In this document: piece by piece, positions 51,618 to 63,837 of the stretch | How the letters are laid out: every line of letters starts with the position of its first letter | Position numbering within the stretch: position 1 is the stretch's first letter | Source: Callorhinchus milii | Lineage: Eukaryota | Assembly (NCBI RefSeq): GCF_018977255.1 | Contig: NW_024704743.1 | Location: 71,674,001 to 71,738,000, forward strand | Length of the DNA: 64,000 bases | Direction of reading: 5' to 3' | The notes under the pieces: model-generated | What the model was told of the DNA's origin: nothing | The model's input: only the letters and a program-made list of their open reading frames with translations | The model's database searches: none | Translations under genes and position numbers: made by a program

Positions 51618-51820
51618 AACAACAACTTTTATTTATATTGCGCCCTTTATACAGGATAGCATCTCGAAGCACTCAAAGTGGTGGGGTTGGACATGAGCAA
51701 GGGAGAAAGGGAAGGGACCACAGATGCAATCAAACAGGTTGGTGTTCAGGTAGGATTTAAGATAGAAAAAGAGGGGATGAGGTGGAGGGATTGAAGCAAG
51801 GAGTTCCAGAGGTTCTCCCT
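51618..51820 (-). mobile_element. Old L2-type 3' fragment
   Basis: AACAACAACTTTTATTTATATTGCGCCC tail and GGAGTTCCAGAGG. Confidence 0.6.
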
Positions 51821-52864
51821 CTCAACCAACATTTTAATGCTGTAATGTGCACACTTTGAGCAATTTGGGGCTGTTTTCCACCAGTTCATTTTTTGGGGAA
51901 TAAAAGGATAAAAGGATGCATGCAGGTAGCTGCTTTTGCGATGTGAAACTAGAATGGGAAATTCCATTAAAGGACAACGTCGATAAAGGCAATGCACGAA
52001 ACACTGATCAGAATTTTTACTTTATGGATTCAAGGAATGTAACAGCAACATAAAGAGACCACTCAGCCCATCACGACTGCACTGGTGTTTGACTCCTAAT
52101 CAAATCGAGAGCAACCTAATCTAATCCGACTGTCTGCTTCTCCCTTACCTTTGAATGTTCCTCTTTTTCTGTGTGCAAAATGGTTTCACCTTTTTGAATC
52201 CATTTTTGAACCACCTTTATGAATTTAGGACTCAGATCCAAATCCTTGACTGTCCATTGTGATATCCTCCCGACGTGAAAGATGCTGTACAAATATAATT
52301 TTGTATTGTATTGTATTCACCTGTCACTCTCTGCCCTCTCTCATCCCAACCCTGACCCCCCCACACTCGGGTCCTGATCCCTGATTGTTCAGCGCCTTGG
52401 GACATCCTCCCGACATAAGTGCGCTTTACAAATGTAATTTTATTGTTGTTGTCACACAGTTACTTCATTTCATAATAATTACTGGGAAGCACTTTAAGAC
52501 ATCCTCCCAACATGAAAGGCACTATATCAAATGCAATGATTATTTATTATTCATGTTATTTAAATTTAAATGTAAATTTGTGTTGTATTTACTTTGAACC
52601 ATGATATCTTTTAAAAGAATATACAGATTGTGTTTCAACTGTAGCTTGGGGCAGAGGTATGCAGATTTCAACCACCCTTGGTTTAAAGACATTTTTCAAA
52701 CATTCCCTTTAATTCTTTTTGTTATTATCTTAAATTTGTGCCCTCTTGTTACTGCCTCACTGACCAATGGAAGTTATTTAATCCTATTTACCCCCATCAA
52801 ACAGGCTGGGGCAGCATTATTTTACAAGATGAATAAAAATTACCCACAAGTTTCAACATTCACA

Positions 52865-53105
52865 TACAATGCAACACAATTTACATTTAAGTAGTGCCTT
52901 TCATGTTGGGAGGACATCTCAAGGTGCTTGACAATGCTGGATGGGCACCTGAGCTGAGGAGGTGGGGAGGGGAAAAGTGACCAAAAGCATAATCAAAGAG
53001 GTACATTTTGAAACGTACATTGAATAGGGGAGGTGAGGGGTAGCAGAATGGCTGAAAGTCTGATTGCCAATGGTAGGGCGGATGAGATGGGGGACATCCA
53101 GCACA
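52865..53105 (-). mobile_element. L2 3' fragment
   Basis: LDVPHLIRPTIGNQTFSHSA; L2 stem-loop. Confidence 0.8.
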
Positions 53106-54009
53106 TCACTTTTGATGTGAAAACAATATATACTTGTACTCGCTCTGTCTTTACTATCAGTAACATCACAGAGAATGTAACCAGCTAATTGATCCCACTA
53201 TTCCTGTGCTCCAAGCGATGCCCTTGCACCCAGTCAGCTGGACCTTAGCCAGGGCCTCTGATATCAGATGGTCTCAACGTGCAGGGATATAAATCTCATT
53301 TATTACAAGTTGGCCACAACCATTTCTATTTATAGTATCCGCTGAATCAAAATAAAGCATAATTCATAAACCTATGAATTTTGCACAAACAAAATTTATA
53401 TCCGCTCGATGCTGCCTTGTGTAAAATGTAATATTCTGTGTTTATGAATTTTGAAAAGAAAATTATCAACTTACATCCTTTTCTTCTCATATACGCATGG
53501 AATTTCCCTGTTTATTATATGTTCATCATTGAGGAGGATACGTGTACAGAACTAGAGCATAGATTTAAAATTAACATGCGAGTTCAGAGTTTGGAAGAAA
53601 ATGTTCATTACCCGTTATAATATGATACAATTTATATTTAGATAGCGCCTTTCACATTGGGAGGATTCTTAAAGAGCCTGACACTGCCAGCTGGGCACCC
53701 AAACTGGGGATGGTTTGCCAAAGGAATCGTAAGGTCAAGGATGTATGTCTGATGTACATATGTGGAAAAGACCTCCACAAAAATCAAAGATATTTCAGTC
53801 GTTAAACTTCTTCAAAATAAATAATGTGTTGGGAACAGTGTAGAGCTGTAGGAGTAAGTCAGACTCAGATGAAGTATGATCCTGAACACAATGTTTTCTT
53901 GATCTGTGGAAAGATTGGGAATATCTCAATAACAGACTTTATCAAGCTTGATTTAAATCAAATAGCTGCTGATATGCGTTGCATCATTTATATTTATATT
54001 TATCATGTC

Positions 54010-54270
54010 ATGTCAAGCTGGGGGTGAAGTGAGCTGAAGTGTGTGTGGGAGGGGAGATTAGGTGCCCAAAAGAGCAGTCAAAAAGATAAGGTCTTAAGGT
54101 GCGTTTTGAAGGCAGGGATGGAAATGAAGAAGCAAGGCACAGGGATTCCGGGATGGAGTTCCAGAGAGTAGGACAGAATGACTGAAAGGTGGTCCAATGA
54201 TGGGGGCGGATAGGGTGGGGAAAATAAAGTAGGCCAGTGTTGGCTGAGTAGAGAGAGTGGCTGCAGCAAT
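54010..54270 (-). mobile_element. Old L2 3' fragment
   Basis: PTLWNSIPESLCLASS and AFKTHLKT in the ORF track. Confidence 0.75.
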
Positions 54271-54967
54271 AGAGTTGCAGGTTGTACATAAATTATATAA
54301 GGTTTCAGATTGCATAAAATACGTAAATATAATCGATTATTTGTTGACAGTACCTTCACTGGAAACTTTCATTTAACAATTAATAATCAAATCTATTCAC
54401 TCGCCTTCTTTCACACTCCCAGCCTCTGCTATTGGACAATCCATCATTTTTTACAAGTTTACTGCTTTTTGTTCCAGTGTGTATTAACTGGCATATATCT
54501 ACATTAAAATCCAGCTGTCTCTGCTTGGACCTTCTACTTAATTGGTCTAGATCTGAATGCTCTTTATGTTCTCATATTATTCACATCTTCCAAACAGTGC
54601 CTTGGGGTCTTTAACATCTAACTGCACCACCAGAGTAGGCAGAGTGGACCTTGGTTAATATCTAATCTGAAAGACAAATGTGTAGAAAAGCGATTCTTTG
54701 AATCTAATAACTATTAAATATGTGTCTGAGAGAAACTAGGATAATCCATTTAAGACTGGGTAATTCTATATATAAATCCAATATAATACTAACAAAATGC
54801 AATATAATAATAATAATAAAGCCTTTATTTAATCAATTTAATTACAATAAAGACAAGCTTTCCTATACTTAAGTGTCCAGATATTGTCTAAGTAGTGAGT
54901 AATGGTGGTGTGCTGTAAACTCATTTAAGGTTACCAACAATACATGTACGTTTAACTGCAGCCCATG

Positions 54968-55315
54968 ATAATAATAATAATGCATTTTATATAGCGCCTT
55001 ATCACATCTTCTAGACATCTCAACACACTTCACAGAATATACTGTAAAGTGAATTGACTATGTTTTGTTGGCGAAACGCGGCAGCCAATTGCAGACAGCA
55101 GTGTCCCACAAACAGTTGTGGATTGAGCAACCAAATTATTGTTATTATTACTTTTTTGAAGGAATTATTACCCCTGGAAAAGCAATCTGGCAATCGACTA
55201 ACATCCGGGTTTCTATTTACTGCCAGGTAAACAAGGGCATGTGGAGTAAGGAAACTTGCCCTGCCGTGAATTGAACTCTGGTCTCCCTCTTGCGAGGCGA
55301 GCCCTCTAACCACTG
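54968..55315 (-). mobile_element. Intermediate-type SINE
   Basis: Reverse complement of the 27263/48155 type, including the TTTACCTGGCAGTAAATAG segment. Confidence 0.9.
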
Positions 55316-55354
55316 ATAATGAAGGGAAAAAAGGACAAATCAAATAACTTTAGA

Positions 55355-57055
55355 CCATTGAGTTTAATATCAATAGTAGAAAATTACTGAAATCCATCAT
55401 CGCCAATCTAGCAACAAGACAATCAGTTAAAAATGATCAGCTGATCAAGAAGAGTCAGTATTGTTTTGTGAAAGGTTGGCCATATCTGACTTACCTAATG
55501 GAAATCTTTGACTGAATCCTGGAAATGCTGGAAGGAGATTTCTATGCAAGGAGAATCTATACATGTTCATAGATTTCCATGAATTTTCACAATACAGAAG
55601 ATTCAACAAAACACATTACTAAATAAAATTAAGGTGCATGGAATTAAAAACAAAACACTAAGATAGAAAATTGTGAATTATTGGACTGCAAAGGGTGGGC
55701 ATTTCGCCCGCAAAATATACAGTCAATTCACTTTACAGTATATTCTGTGAAGTGCATTGAGACATCTCAACAATGTTATAAGGTGCTATATCAAATGCAA
55801 GGATTATTATTACTATAAGAGGGGTAATTTCTGACTGGAAGGGACAATTTGTGCTGGTCAGAAATTAGTGTTAAGGACCCAGCTTTTCGCTCTATATTTA
55901 AGGGACTTGAACTCACATGGTCTAAGCTGACACCCCAATACAGTCCTGGGGTTTTCTGCATTGTTGACGAAGCTGTCCTTCGGATGAGATGTTAATCCAA
56001 GGTCCCATCTGCCTGTTTAGGTGGATGGCAGTACTCAAAAAGTGAAGGAGTTTATCCCGGTGTCCTGACCAAAATAGAATTGGTCATTCATTTCATACCA
56101 GTTTGTGGGACATTGCTGTGGGCAGTTAGGCTGCAGTGTTTGCCTACAAATCCACAGTCACTCCACTTCACTGTAAACCCCATTAAGCACTTTGGTACAT
56201 CCTCCATGTGAAAAGCACAATACCAAATGCAAGGATTATTATTATTAATGACCGTGATGTAGGAATAGAGGGAAATACTGTATCCGGCAGTTTGTAGAAC
56301 ACAAACATCAAGCTAGGAGGTGTAGTGAGTTTTGAAGAGAGCAGAAGATGCAAAGGAAGATACAAAGAAAAGCAAGTAGACAGAATGATGGCAGATGGAA
56401 TTTAATGTATCTGATTGTGAGATAGTACACTTTGAACATAAGAATGGCAGATGGAAATACATTTTAAATGGGGAATCATGGGGAATTGGTGATAGATGAA
56501 AAAGGGGATTTAGTGGTCCAGGTTCATAAGTCCCAGAGGGTTATCAGAACGTGGACTGTTTGGTTACTGGCTCACTCAACTGGAGGCATTTAAAAGGGAA
56601 TTAGATAGACTACATGCAAAGGAAGAGTATTAGAGGATAGAAAGAGCAGAGAATTGGGATTAGATTAAATGATTCATTGGAGGAACAAACATCAACAGTA
56701 ATACAATGGGTTGAATGGAATCCTACTGTGCTGTAGGTTTCTGTGGTTCATTAAACGCTAGCCACAGGTGCAGAAAACAATCGAAAAGGCTAATGGGTTG
56801 CTGCACTTTATCACAACAGATCTAGAATATACAGCAAGGAAGTACAACTACAATTACCCTGAGCTCTGATCAAATCTCATTCAGTAATCAGTATCCCACC
56901 TTACAAATAAATAGAGGCTTTGAACAAAGTCTGCCGATGATTTACGAGAATGCTAGCTACAATGCAGGAACATAATAGAGGTTGGATAAACGCAGATTAT
57001 ATTCCTGAGAATCTGAGGAGTTAAGCAGTGATCCAATTGAAGTATTTAAGATAAT
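55355..57055 (+). mobile_element. Ancient CR1 RT region broken by at least three later insertions
   Basis: Decayed KLL.SII, LIKKSQ..FVKG, QLFALYI, KLGGVV, WQMEFNV..CE..HF motifs; inserts: SINE ~55700-55815, Deu-SINE ~55903-56247, CR1 tail ~56535-56750. Confidence 0.75.
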
Positions 57056-57289
57056 AATTTTAGTATTGCTTTCGCAAGTTCAAGATGGTCTTTGACCGGT
57101 GTTCTATTCTGCGCTCATTCCTTTACATTTCCTTTAAAGTACAGATTTTTGTTAGCAGTCAAGCTAAGCAGAAGTACCAATTGTAACCAGAAGGTGATCG
57201 CTGAGGCTTTACAGAGCTTGAGTTTTTCAATGGATTAAGTAACAAATATGCTGAAAAAATGAAAAGACTTAAACCACGAATGACAACAT

Positions 57290-57580
57290 TGAAAGCCACG
57301 GATCCAATCAAACTGACAGCTCCAAGCCCTATTTGTATTGATAGCTTCCAGGCCCAATGACACTGAAAGCCTTTATAACACTGACAGCTCCCAGCCCCAT
57401 TCATATTGATGGCGTCCAGGACCAATAACACTGACAATTCTTATAGCACTGAAGCTCCCAGCTCTATTCATATTGATAGCTTCCAGCCCCAAGGATGCTA
57501 AAAGCTTTTACAAGGACACCAGCTCCCAGCCACATTAATATCGACGGTCTCCAACCCTAATGAAAGCCGTCAGAGTTATT
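57290..57580. repeat. Minisatellite, ~4 x 68 bp with internal sub-repeats
   Basis: ACTGA(C)AGCTCC at 57312, 57380, 57448 and ~57516. Confidence 0.9.
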
Positions 57581-57941
57581 AACACAAACAACTCTCTCTC
57601 ACGCATTGCCTGCAAAATACATAGGCATTGCTCGATGCACTATATTCTGTGAAGCACTTTGAGACATCCTTCTGGTGTGAAAGGTTCAAAATCAAATGTA
57701 AGGATTGTTATTTATTATTATGAAAAGGCCTTCAGCCCTGGTAGCATTGAAAACTTTAGTCCTTAGAATACTGCAAACTCCAATCCCACTCATAGTGATG
57801 GCTTCCTTATACTCTTTGATACAAACAACAACAACAACAACAACTACCGCAACTTGGATTTATATAGTGCCCTCCACGCCGGACAGCGTCTCAGAGCACT
57901 TTGACTCTAGTTTACTTGTAAATCAGTACCAAATCAGAATT

Positions 57942-58047
57942 GATATTAAAACTTCCTCTTATCATCTACAGCCTAGACCTATTCTCTCTATCTGTGATCA
58001 GGAAGATATTAAACCCTCCTCTTATTATCTACAGCCTAGACCTATTC
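57942..58047. repeat. 43-bp direct duplication, period 63
   Basis: GATATTAAA.C.TCCTCTTAT.ATCTACAGCCTAGACCTATTC twice. Confidence 0.92.
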
Positions 58048-59599
58048 ATATTAACATCCACTAACTCCAATTAAATCCTTTAGCTGTTAAAAGATCCCAT
58101 GTCCCATTTGAATTGAAAAACTTCATACTCAGCATTATAACATGTAGAGTCTGATCACAGCTACATTGATTATCTTTTACCCAAACAGCACTAACAAAGC
58201 CTGATATGCCAATTGATGCACATGATGTAAACCTTTTGAGACTTTTTTGGCTTTCAAAATGCAATAATTCAGTTCCATGTGAGGCATGTACAATTATATG
58301 CAACAAACTTCTGAAGAATCTAAATGAATGAGTTAAGACAATAGGGTACATCATCATTTATAGCAATAATAATAATCCTTACATTTATAGCATTCCTGTA
58401 ATAAACCATAAAATATTTCAATACCTAGAAATTAGGATGATTCAGGTTTATCAGATTATGAAAGACTGTAGATATGTCAAAAAAAATCCTTTAGGAAGCT
58501 GGATAGGGAGGCTAGATGGGCCAAAGTACTGTTCCTATCCAAAACTGTTACTATGTAAACTAAACAAATTAGAATCTGGTTACAATTTTGATGTGAAATT
58601 TGCGTTTTCAATACAAATTTTCATTTATGTAGCGTCTTTCACGTTTGGAGGACGTCTCAAAGCACTCAACAATCCAGGCTTGGTACTCGAGCCAAAATGG
58701 TGATTGACTTTAAATGAGGTGAGTGAGTGTCTTAAACCAAGGAAGGTCCTGTCTACCTGTTTACGTGGACAATAAAAATCCCATGGTGCTATTTGAAAAA
58801 GTAGGGAGTTTTTTCTTGGTGTCATTTGCAACAATCCCCCAGATAAAATTCATTTAAAGTCATTAATTTACATTGCTTGTTGTTCATTGCTATGTGCAAA
58901 CTGCAGTTTCAAAAAATATTTCTAAAAAAATTACATAAAGTATTAAATAAATTACACCAATTTATTTAATACCTGACGACTACATTTTTTTTGCAATCTT
59001 CTTATACTTTCATCTTTATTGCTTTGAGTCTACAAGGTATTTGTGTTGGTCTCTTAGCAATATGATGGAGCCAGCAGAGTAACTGGAATATTGTTAAAAC
59101 ACAGCATTGTGACATATTCAAAATATAACATACACTTATACATATAAATATGCAATATATTCATATAAAGCTTTATTTCCTTTTCCAAATTTTTACTGGT
59201 TATTATTATATTATATAAATTATTATATATATTATTATATAAATTATTAGATGTCTATGATAAACTTGATCTCTGAATTGTTCCACAGAATCATTCAGTA
59301 GCCTAACCTTAAACACTTTGGTTATTTGCCTTTTGCTTACACAAGCTGCAGAAAATTTGTGTACTGGAATGACACATTTACAACCCCTTGTGATGTTCTC
59401 TTGCGTGGGCTTTCTTGGCAACGATGCAGTTGGGAAACCATATGCATATTTCTAAAAAAAATTGTGTAATTCAAAACTGTGTGGGTGTGTGGGGGGTGGG
59501 GGTGAAAAGTAAAAGCAGTCTAATTTGTGGTTACAGTTCAAAGCAATATTTTAACAAAGAAATAAATAATTGGGGTGGGAGGTGAATGGGCAGAAAGTT

Positions 59600-61000
59600 C
59601 AGAAACACAAGAGGTTATCAAAATAAGCCTGCCTATCCACATGGCCTGTCCTGTCTTTCATTTCATAGATGATTGTTACAATAGCAACAGCAGTAGGAGC
59701 AGTAGTGCTGAATATTCACTCAAAAAATAATCACTTTGCATTTCAATTGTTCCTCTCTCGCGCCCCACCTCCAATCCATCCCTCCTGCAGGCATGAGCCA
59801 CCATCATTTCTCTGTAAAATTTGAAATCAAATTTACTTCATGTTTTATATTAAAAAAAAGATTGGTAAACCAGAGTAAAATGACGAAGCCTGTGATTGAT
59901 GGGCAATAATGACTCCTGAGGCTTCACCTTGCGTTGGTGTAGTGAAAGTACTGATGGCATATGTACCATGTAGCTTATTGTTCCTAATTAGAACATTCCA
60001 GCCATTCTTTGTCTTAAATGAAAATGACGTTAGAAAGAACCTTGAAAGTTGGGCTCTGCTTTTTTAAAAAATGGGCCTATTTCAGGATTCGAGACAGAGC
60101 GGGATGCAAACAAAAGCAGCCCTCAGAGAGTTAAAAAAAATAAAAAGCCCTGTCACTGCTGCCATCATTTGCAATTCATGACATTCCCTGGGGCCTGATT
60201 GCCGTTTTTAAGGTGTTAGCCGCATTTTATTTATTCAGTCATTTCTGTCAGTACCATGGCTCTTTTTTTATGATTGTAGATTACCCACGGAGTGCGAAAA
60301 TTACTTTCTTCTTTCCCTCACTATTGCTGCAAGACTTGAAAACACAGCTTGTTTACCCCTAAGGGCAAACACCTTGGCTGTATATTTGTCTGTGTATTGC
60401 TGAGATCTCTGTATACAAAAGTGCATTTTTATATAAAAATATAGCATGGAAGATTTATTCAAACAAAGATATTTTTATAAAACTAAACAATAAAAATAGC
60501 ACCAATCTTACTCTTCACTTGTTATTTTTATATATGTATATATGTGTTCTCACAATTTTTTAAGATGTTTTATTGTGTTTGGTGTGTCACAGGGAATATA
60601 GCTCTGTTAGAAATGGGAATAAGGGGCTCGAGACATGGTCAGCTGAGAATTCCCTAATTATTGGGACCTGTGATCAAGATAATTGCGGACAAGTTCACTG
60701 GCTAAAGGGCTGCATTTTTTCTCTGTTTCTCCATGTACATGTAGCTCGATAGAGCGGGTGATGGATGATCAGGGGAGGGATCACTCGCCTATTGAGTTTG
60801 AAGCTGTAGATCATGCAGAGATTGCTCAGAGACCACTCTGCTAGTCTCCCTGGTGAGGGCAGTGAGATACAAGCCAGAAAATAATTAAATAACAAGGAGC
60901 AATTAGCAGCCAATAATTTTATCAAGTGCTTCAAATGACATCATAAACCACAAGAGCAAAGCTTGAGAGATTTATAGCGGTCAGCTGAACCCTCAAAATG
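59600..61000. promoter_or_regulatory. Candidate cluster of conserved non-coding (enhancer-like) elements
   Basis: ~1.4 kb with no recognisable TE; TGATTGATGG 59893, TGATGGATGA 60759, CTGTCA 60150 and 60245, several TAATTA; conservation not tested. Confidence 0.4.
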
Positions 61001-61123
61001 CGATGACATTTTAAAATCATGTACAGAAATCATTTTTTTGTAATATAAACAATGGAAACTTGCGAATGATGCAATGGCAATTTGTGTCACTAAACACAAA
61101 GGCACTGTAGTAAAATTTCCTAT

Positions 61124-61471
61124 TAATAATAATAATCCTTGTATTTGAATTTGAAGGCGAACGAGGCAGCCAATTTGTGCACAATATTGCAGCATGAAAT
61201 GACTGATTTTTATTTGGGGGAATTGTTGCCCAAGACATAGGAATAGACACATAGACACATGAACTTTTTGAATAGTGTCAAGGGATCCTAAACATGTATA
61301 CAGGATCTCAGTTTAACATCTCATCCGAAGAACAATGCATCTCACAATGCAGCACAACTCCAATACTGCACAGGAGCATCAGCCTAAACTGTGAGTTTAA
61401 AGTGCCAACGTGGGGCTTGAACCCAAAACTTTCTGACTAAGAGGCAAGAGTGCTACCAACTGACCCAAGCT
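61124..61471 (-). mobile_element. Old full-length Deu-SINE
   Basis: Antisense head GGGGCTTGAACCC...GAGGCAAGAGTGCTACCAACTGA and core TTTAACATCTCATCCGAA. Confidence 0.9.
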
Positions 61472-61670
61472 GATGGATGAAAGAAACTCAACGAATCGAA
61501 ATGTTCGGTTAGCATAAAGTGTGTAGTGACAGATACAGTAGTAATAGCTCAATAAATCTTAGCCTTTGCAAAATCTATGCACTGGAGCCAACAAAATAAT
61601 CAGTTTGAAGCCGCATTTAGTTTCATTTGATTAATTTTGGTTTTGGATGACTGGAGAACATCATAAGAAA

Positions 61671-62047
61671 TAAACTAATGCAAATAATGTTGCATGCAAT
61701 ACTGGCAAGGAACCCATTTATGTGCACTTTGGATATATTATACCATCAACTGCCAAACACTAGCAATACTGTAATGTTGAAATGTCATTTCAATTTAGGG
61801 AGACTGCAAATTGCAATTTATAAATGTTTTATGATGCTGTTGGTCATTTATTATATGTAATGTCACTATGAAGAAACTTATCTTATTATCATAAACTAAT
61901 GCAAATAAATTTACTGCAATACTAGCAAGAAACCCATTTATGTGCATTCCAGATGAATTGTACTATCAACTGGCAAACATTATTGTAATATTGAAATGTC
62001 ATTTCAATTTAGGGAGATTGGGAAATTCCAAATCTATAGTTGTTTTA
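61671..62047. repeat. Diverged ~160-bp direct duplication, period 221
   Basis: TAAACTAATGCAAATAA...AACCCATTTATGTGCA...TTGAAATGTCATTTCAATTTAGGGAGA at 61671 and 61892. Confidence 0.93.
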
Positions 62048-62703
62048 ATCATGAATAGCCTTTTTTCTCCATGAACCTAGACTTTTATTTTTGATATGCA
62101 TTAAAAAGCTGTACCATCTAATGAACAGGTCGAAAGGGGAAAAAACACCTTATTCTAGCCTAAAAGGCAAGGAGTGCAAAATACATAATGCTCCTGCACA
62201 GCAAGTGAAGCTGTATGTTGAGTTTACTCGTGTCAACCAGGGCTGCAAGAGACACTAAATTATTGCCCATGTTTCCTAAGTTTAGGGAAGAGGAACCAGT
62301 CGGAGCTGAGCATATTTTCATTTGATAATGAGGTTTGAGAGGGAAATTATCTAGATCTTTAAAGTACTGAGGCCATCACATTGTAAATGGATGTAAATGG
62401 TCTATTCTACATCCATAGCTGTTGTCTCTGAAAGGATACCAATCTCCAGTGCTTTTTTTGAAAATGTTGAAGTATGCTGCAGTCAACCATAGGGATGTGC
62501 AGTTCTGCCCTCAGGCAGGTTACCGCTAGTTAATAGATGGCCTTCATCAGTAAGATGTAGAGAGACCCTATGAGACGGGATATGGGTACCCAAGCCTGCA
62601 GCTTATCTGTCATGGAACCGAGCTCTTGCTAAATATTCAGTCAAAGCTACTGAGCTATGCATGACAACACTGATACACCTGATCAGCATGTGCCTATGAT
62701 CAT

Positions 62704-63021
62704 TATAATAATAATCCTTGCATTTGATATAGCGCTTTTCACGTCGGGAGGACGTCCCAAAGCGCTTCACAGAACACACTGTAAAGTGAATTGACTGTAT
62801 ATTTGTGGGCGAACGCGGCAGCCAATTGTGCACAGCAATGTCCCACAAACAGTCGTAGATTGAAAATGACCAATTTATTATTGTTTTTTTTTTGTTTTGG
62901 AGGGATTATTATTAGGCGTGTGGAGTAAGGAAACTTGCCCAAGGTTTCGCCCTGCCTGGAATTGAACTCAGGTCTCTCACTTGCAAAGCGAGTGCTCTAA
63001 CCACTGAGCCACAGGACTCCA
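62704..63021 (-). mobile_element. Young full-length SINE
   Basis: Near-identical to other young copies. Confidence 0.97.
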
Positions 63022-63687
63022 CTCTTTCCCTCTCAACAAAATACTGCAACTTCACGTTTAGAGGTTTTCCGTTTGACTTATGGTGGGGCAGAATTCTCCA
63101 GAAACTTTCTTCACAATTGTAAACATAACTTAAGTGGACAAGTCATGGAACCGATTGAACATGGGAATGTAATAGGTCAAATACAATTTTCTTGTCACTG
63201 TACATGTATCCTTTTACTTTTGTGATTGAGTAACTCGGATTCTATGCCGGGAATTAGTGAATACATCTAAATATAAACTATCTACTGAACAGTTGGATGG
63301 GTGAAAGAGCACAGATACTGTGTGTCATCAATAACACACTTCAGGCCTGCCAATGATGCAAACGGAAGGTATGTGTGATAGGGATACCAGGAGCAGTACC
63401 ACTGGAATCTCTTTGCCTACATCGTGCAAGGGAAGAGGATGCTCTGTTAAAGAACATTAGCTCAGTTCTTTTTATTCTGCAGCTTCTTGTTTTCCCACCA
63501 AAAGATGGTACAAGTAATGTTAATTGGCAGCTGAGACACAAAATTCACATGGTCTCAGGACCATTGTCTTTATAAAGAAGAACTGTGGAAAAATAGCTTT
63601 AATTTTAGGCTGAAGTTTCTAAAAGTCTGTACAATTTGAAATTTTAAGACAATAGCCTCCAGGCTAAAAGCATAGTTGTCAATCCAG

Positions 63688-63830
63688 ATCAGTTGGTAGC
63701 AATCTTGCTTACGTCAGAAGGCTGTGTCTTCAATCCTCACATCAGGAATTCTAAACTCATAAGTTAGGCTGATACTGCAATATAGTGATGGGGAGCACAG
63801 CATTGTCGGAGGTACCATTCTTCAGATGAG
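63688..63830 (+). mobile_element. Deu-SINE 5' part
   Basis: TCAGTTGGTAGCAATCTTGC...GCATTGTCGGAGGTACCATTCTTCAGATGAG. Confidence 0.75.
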
Positions 63831-63837
63831 CCCATGA

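Noticed and set aside
57290..57580. CRISPR-like array
   Set aside because: Contiguous degenerate tandem units without unique spacers, vertebrate context, no cas genes.
59200..59250. IIYII repeat at the end of an ORF
   Set aside because: AT-rich low-complexity sequence.
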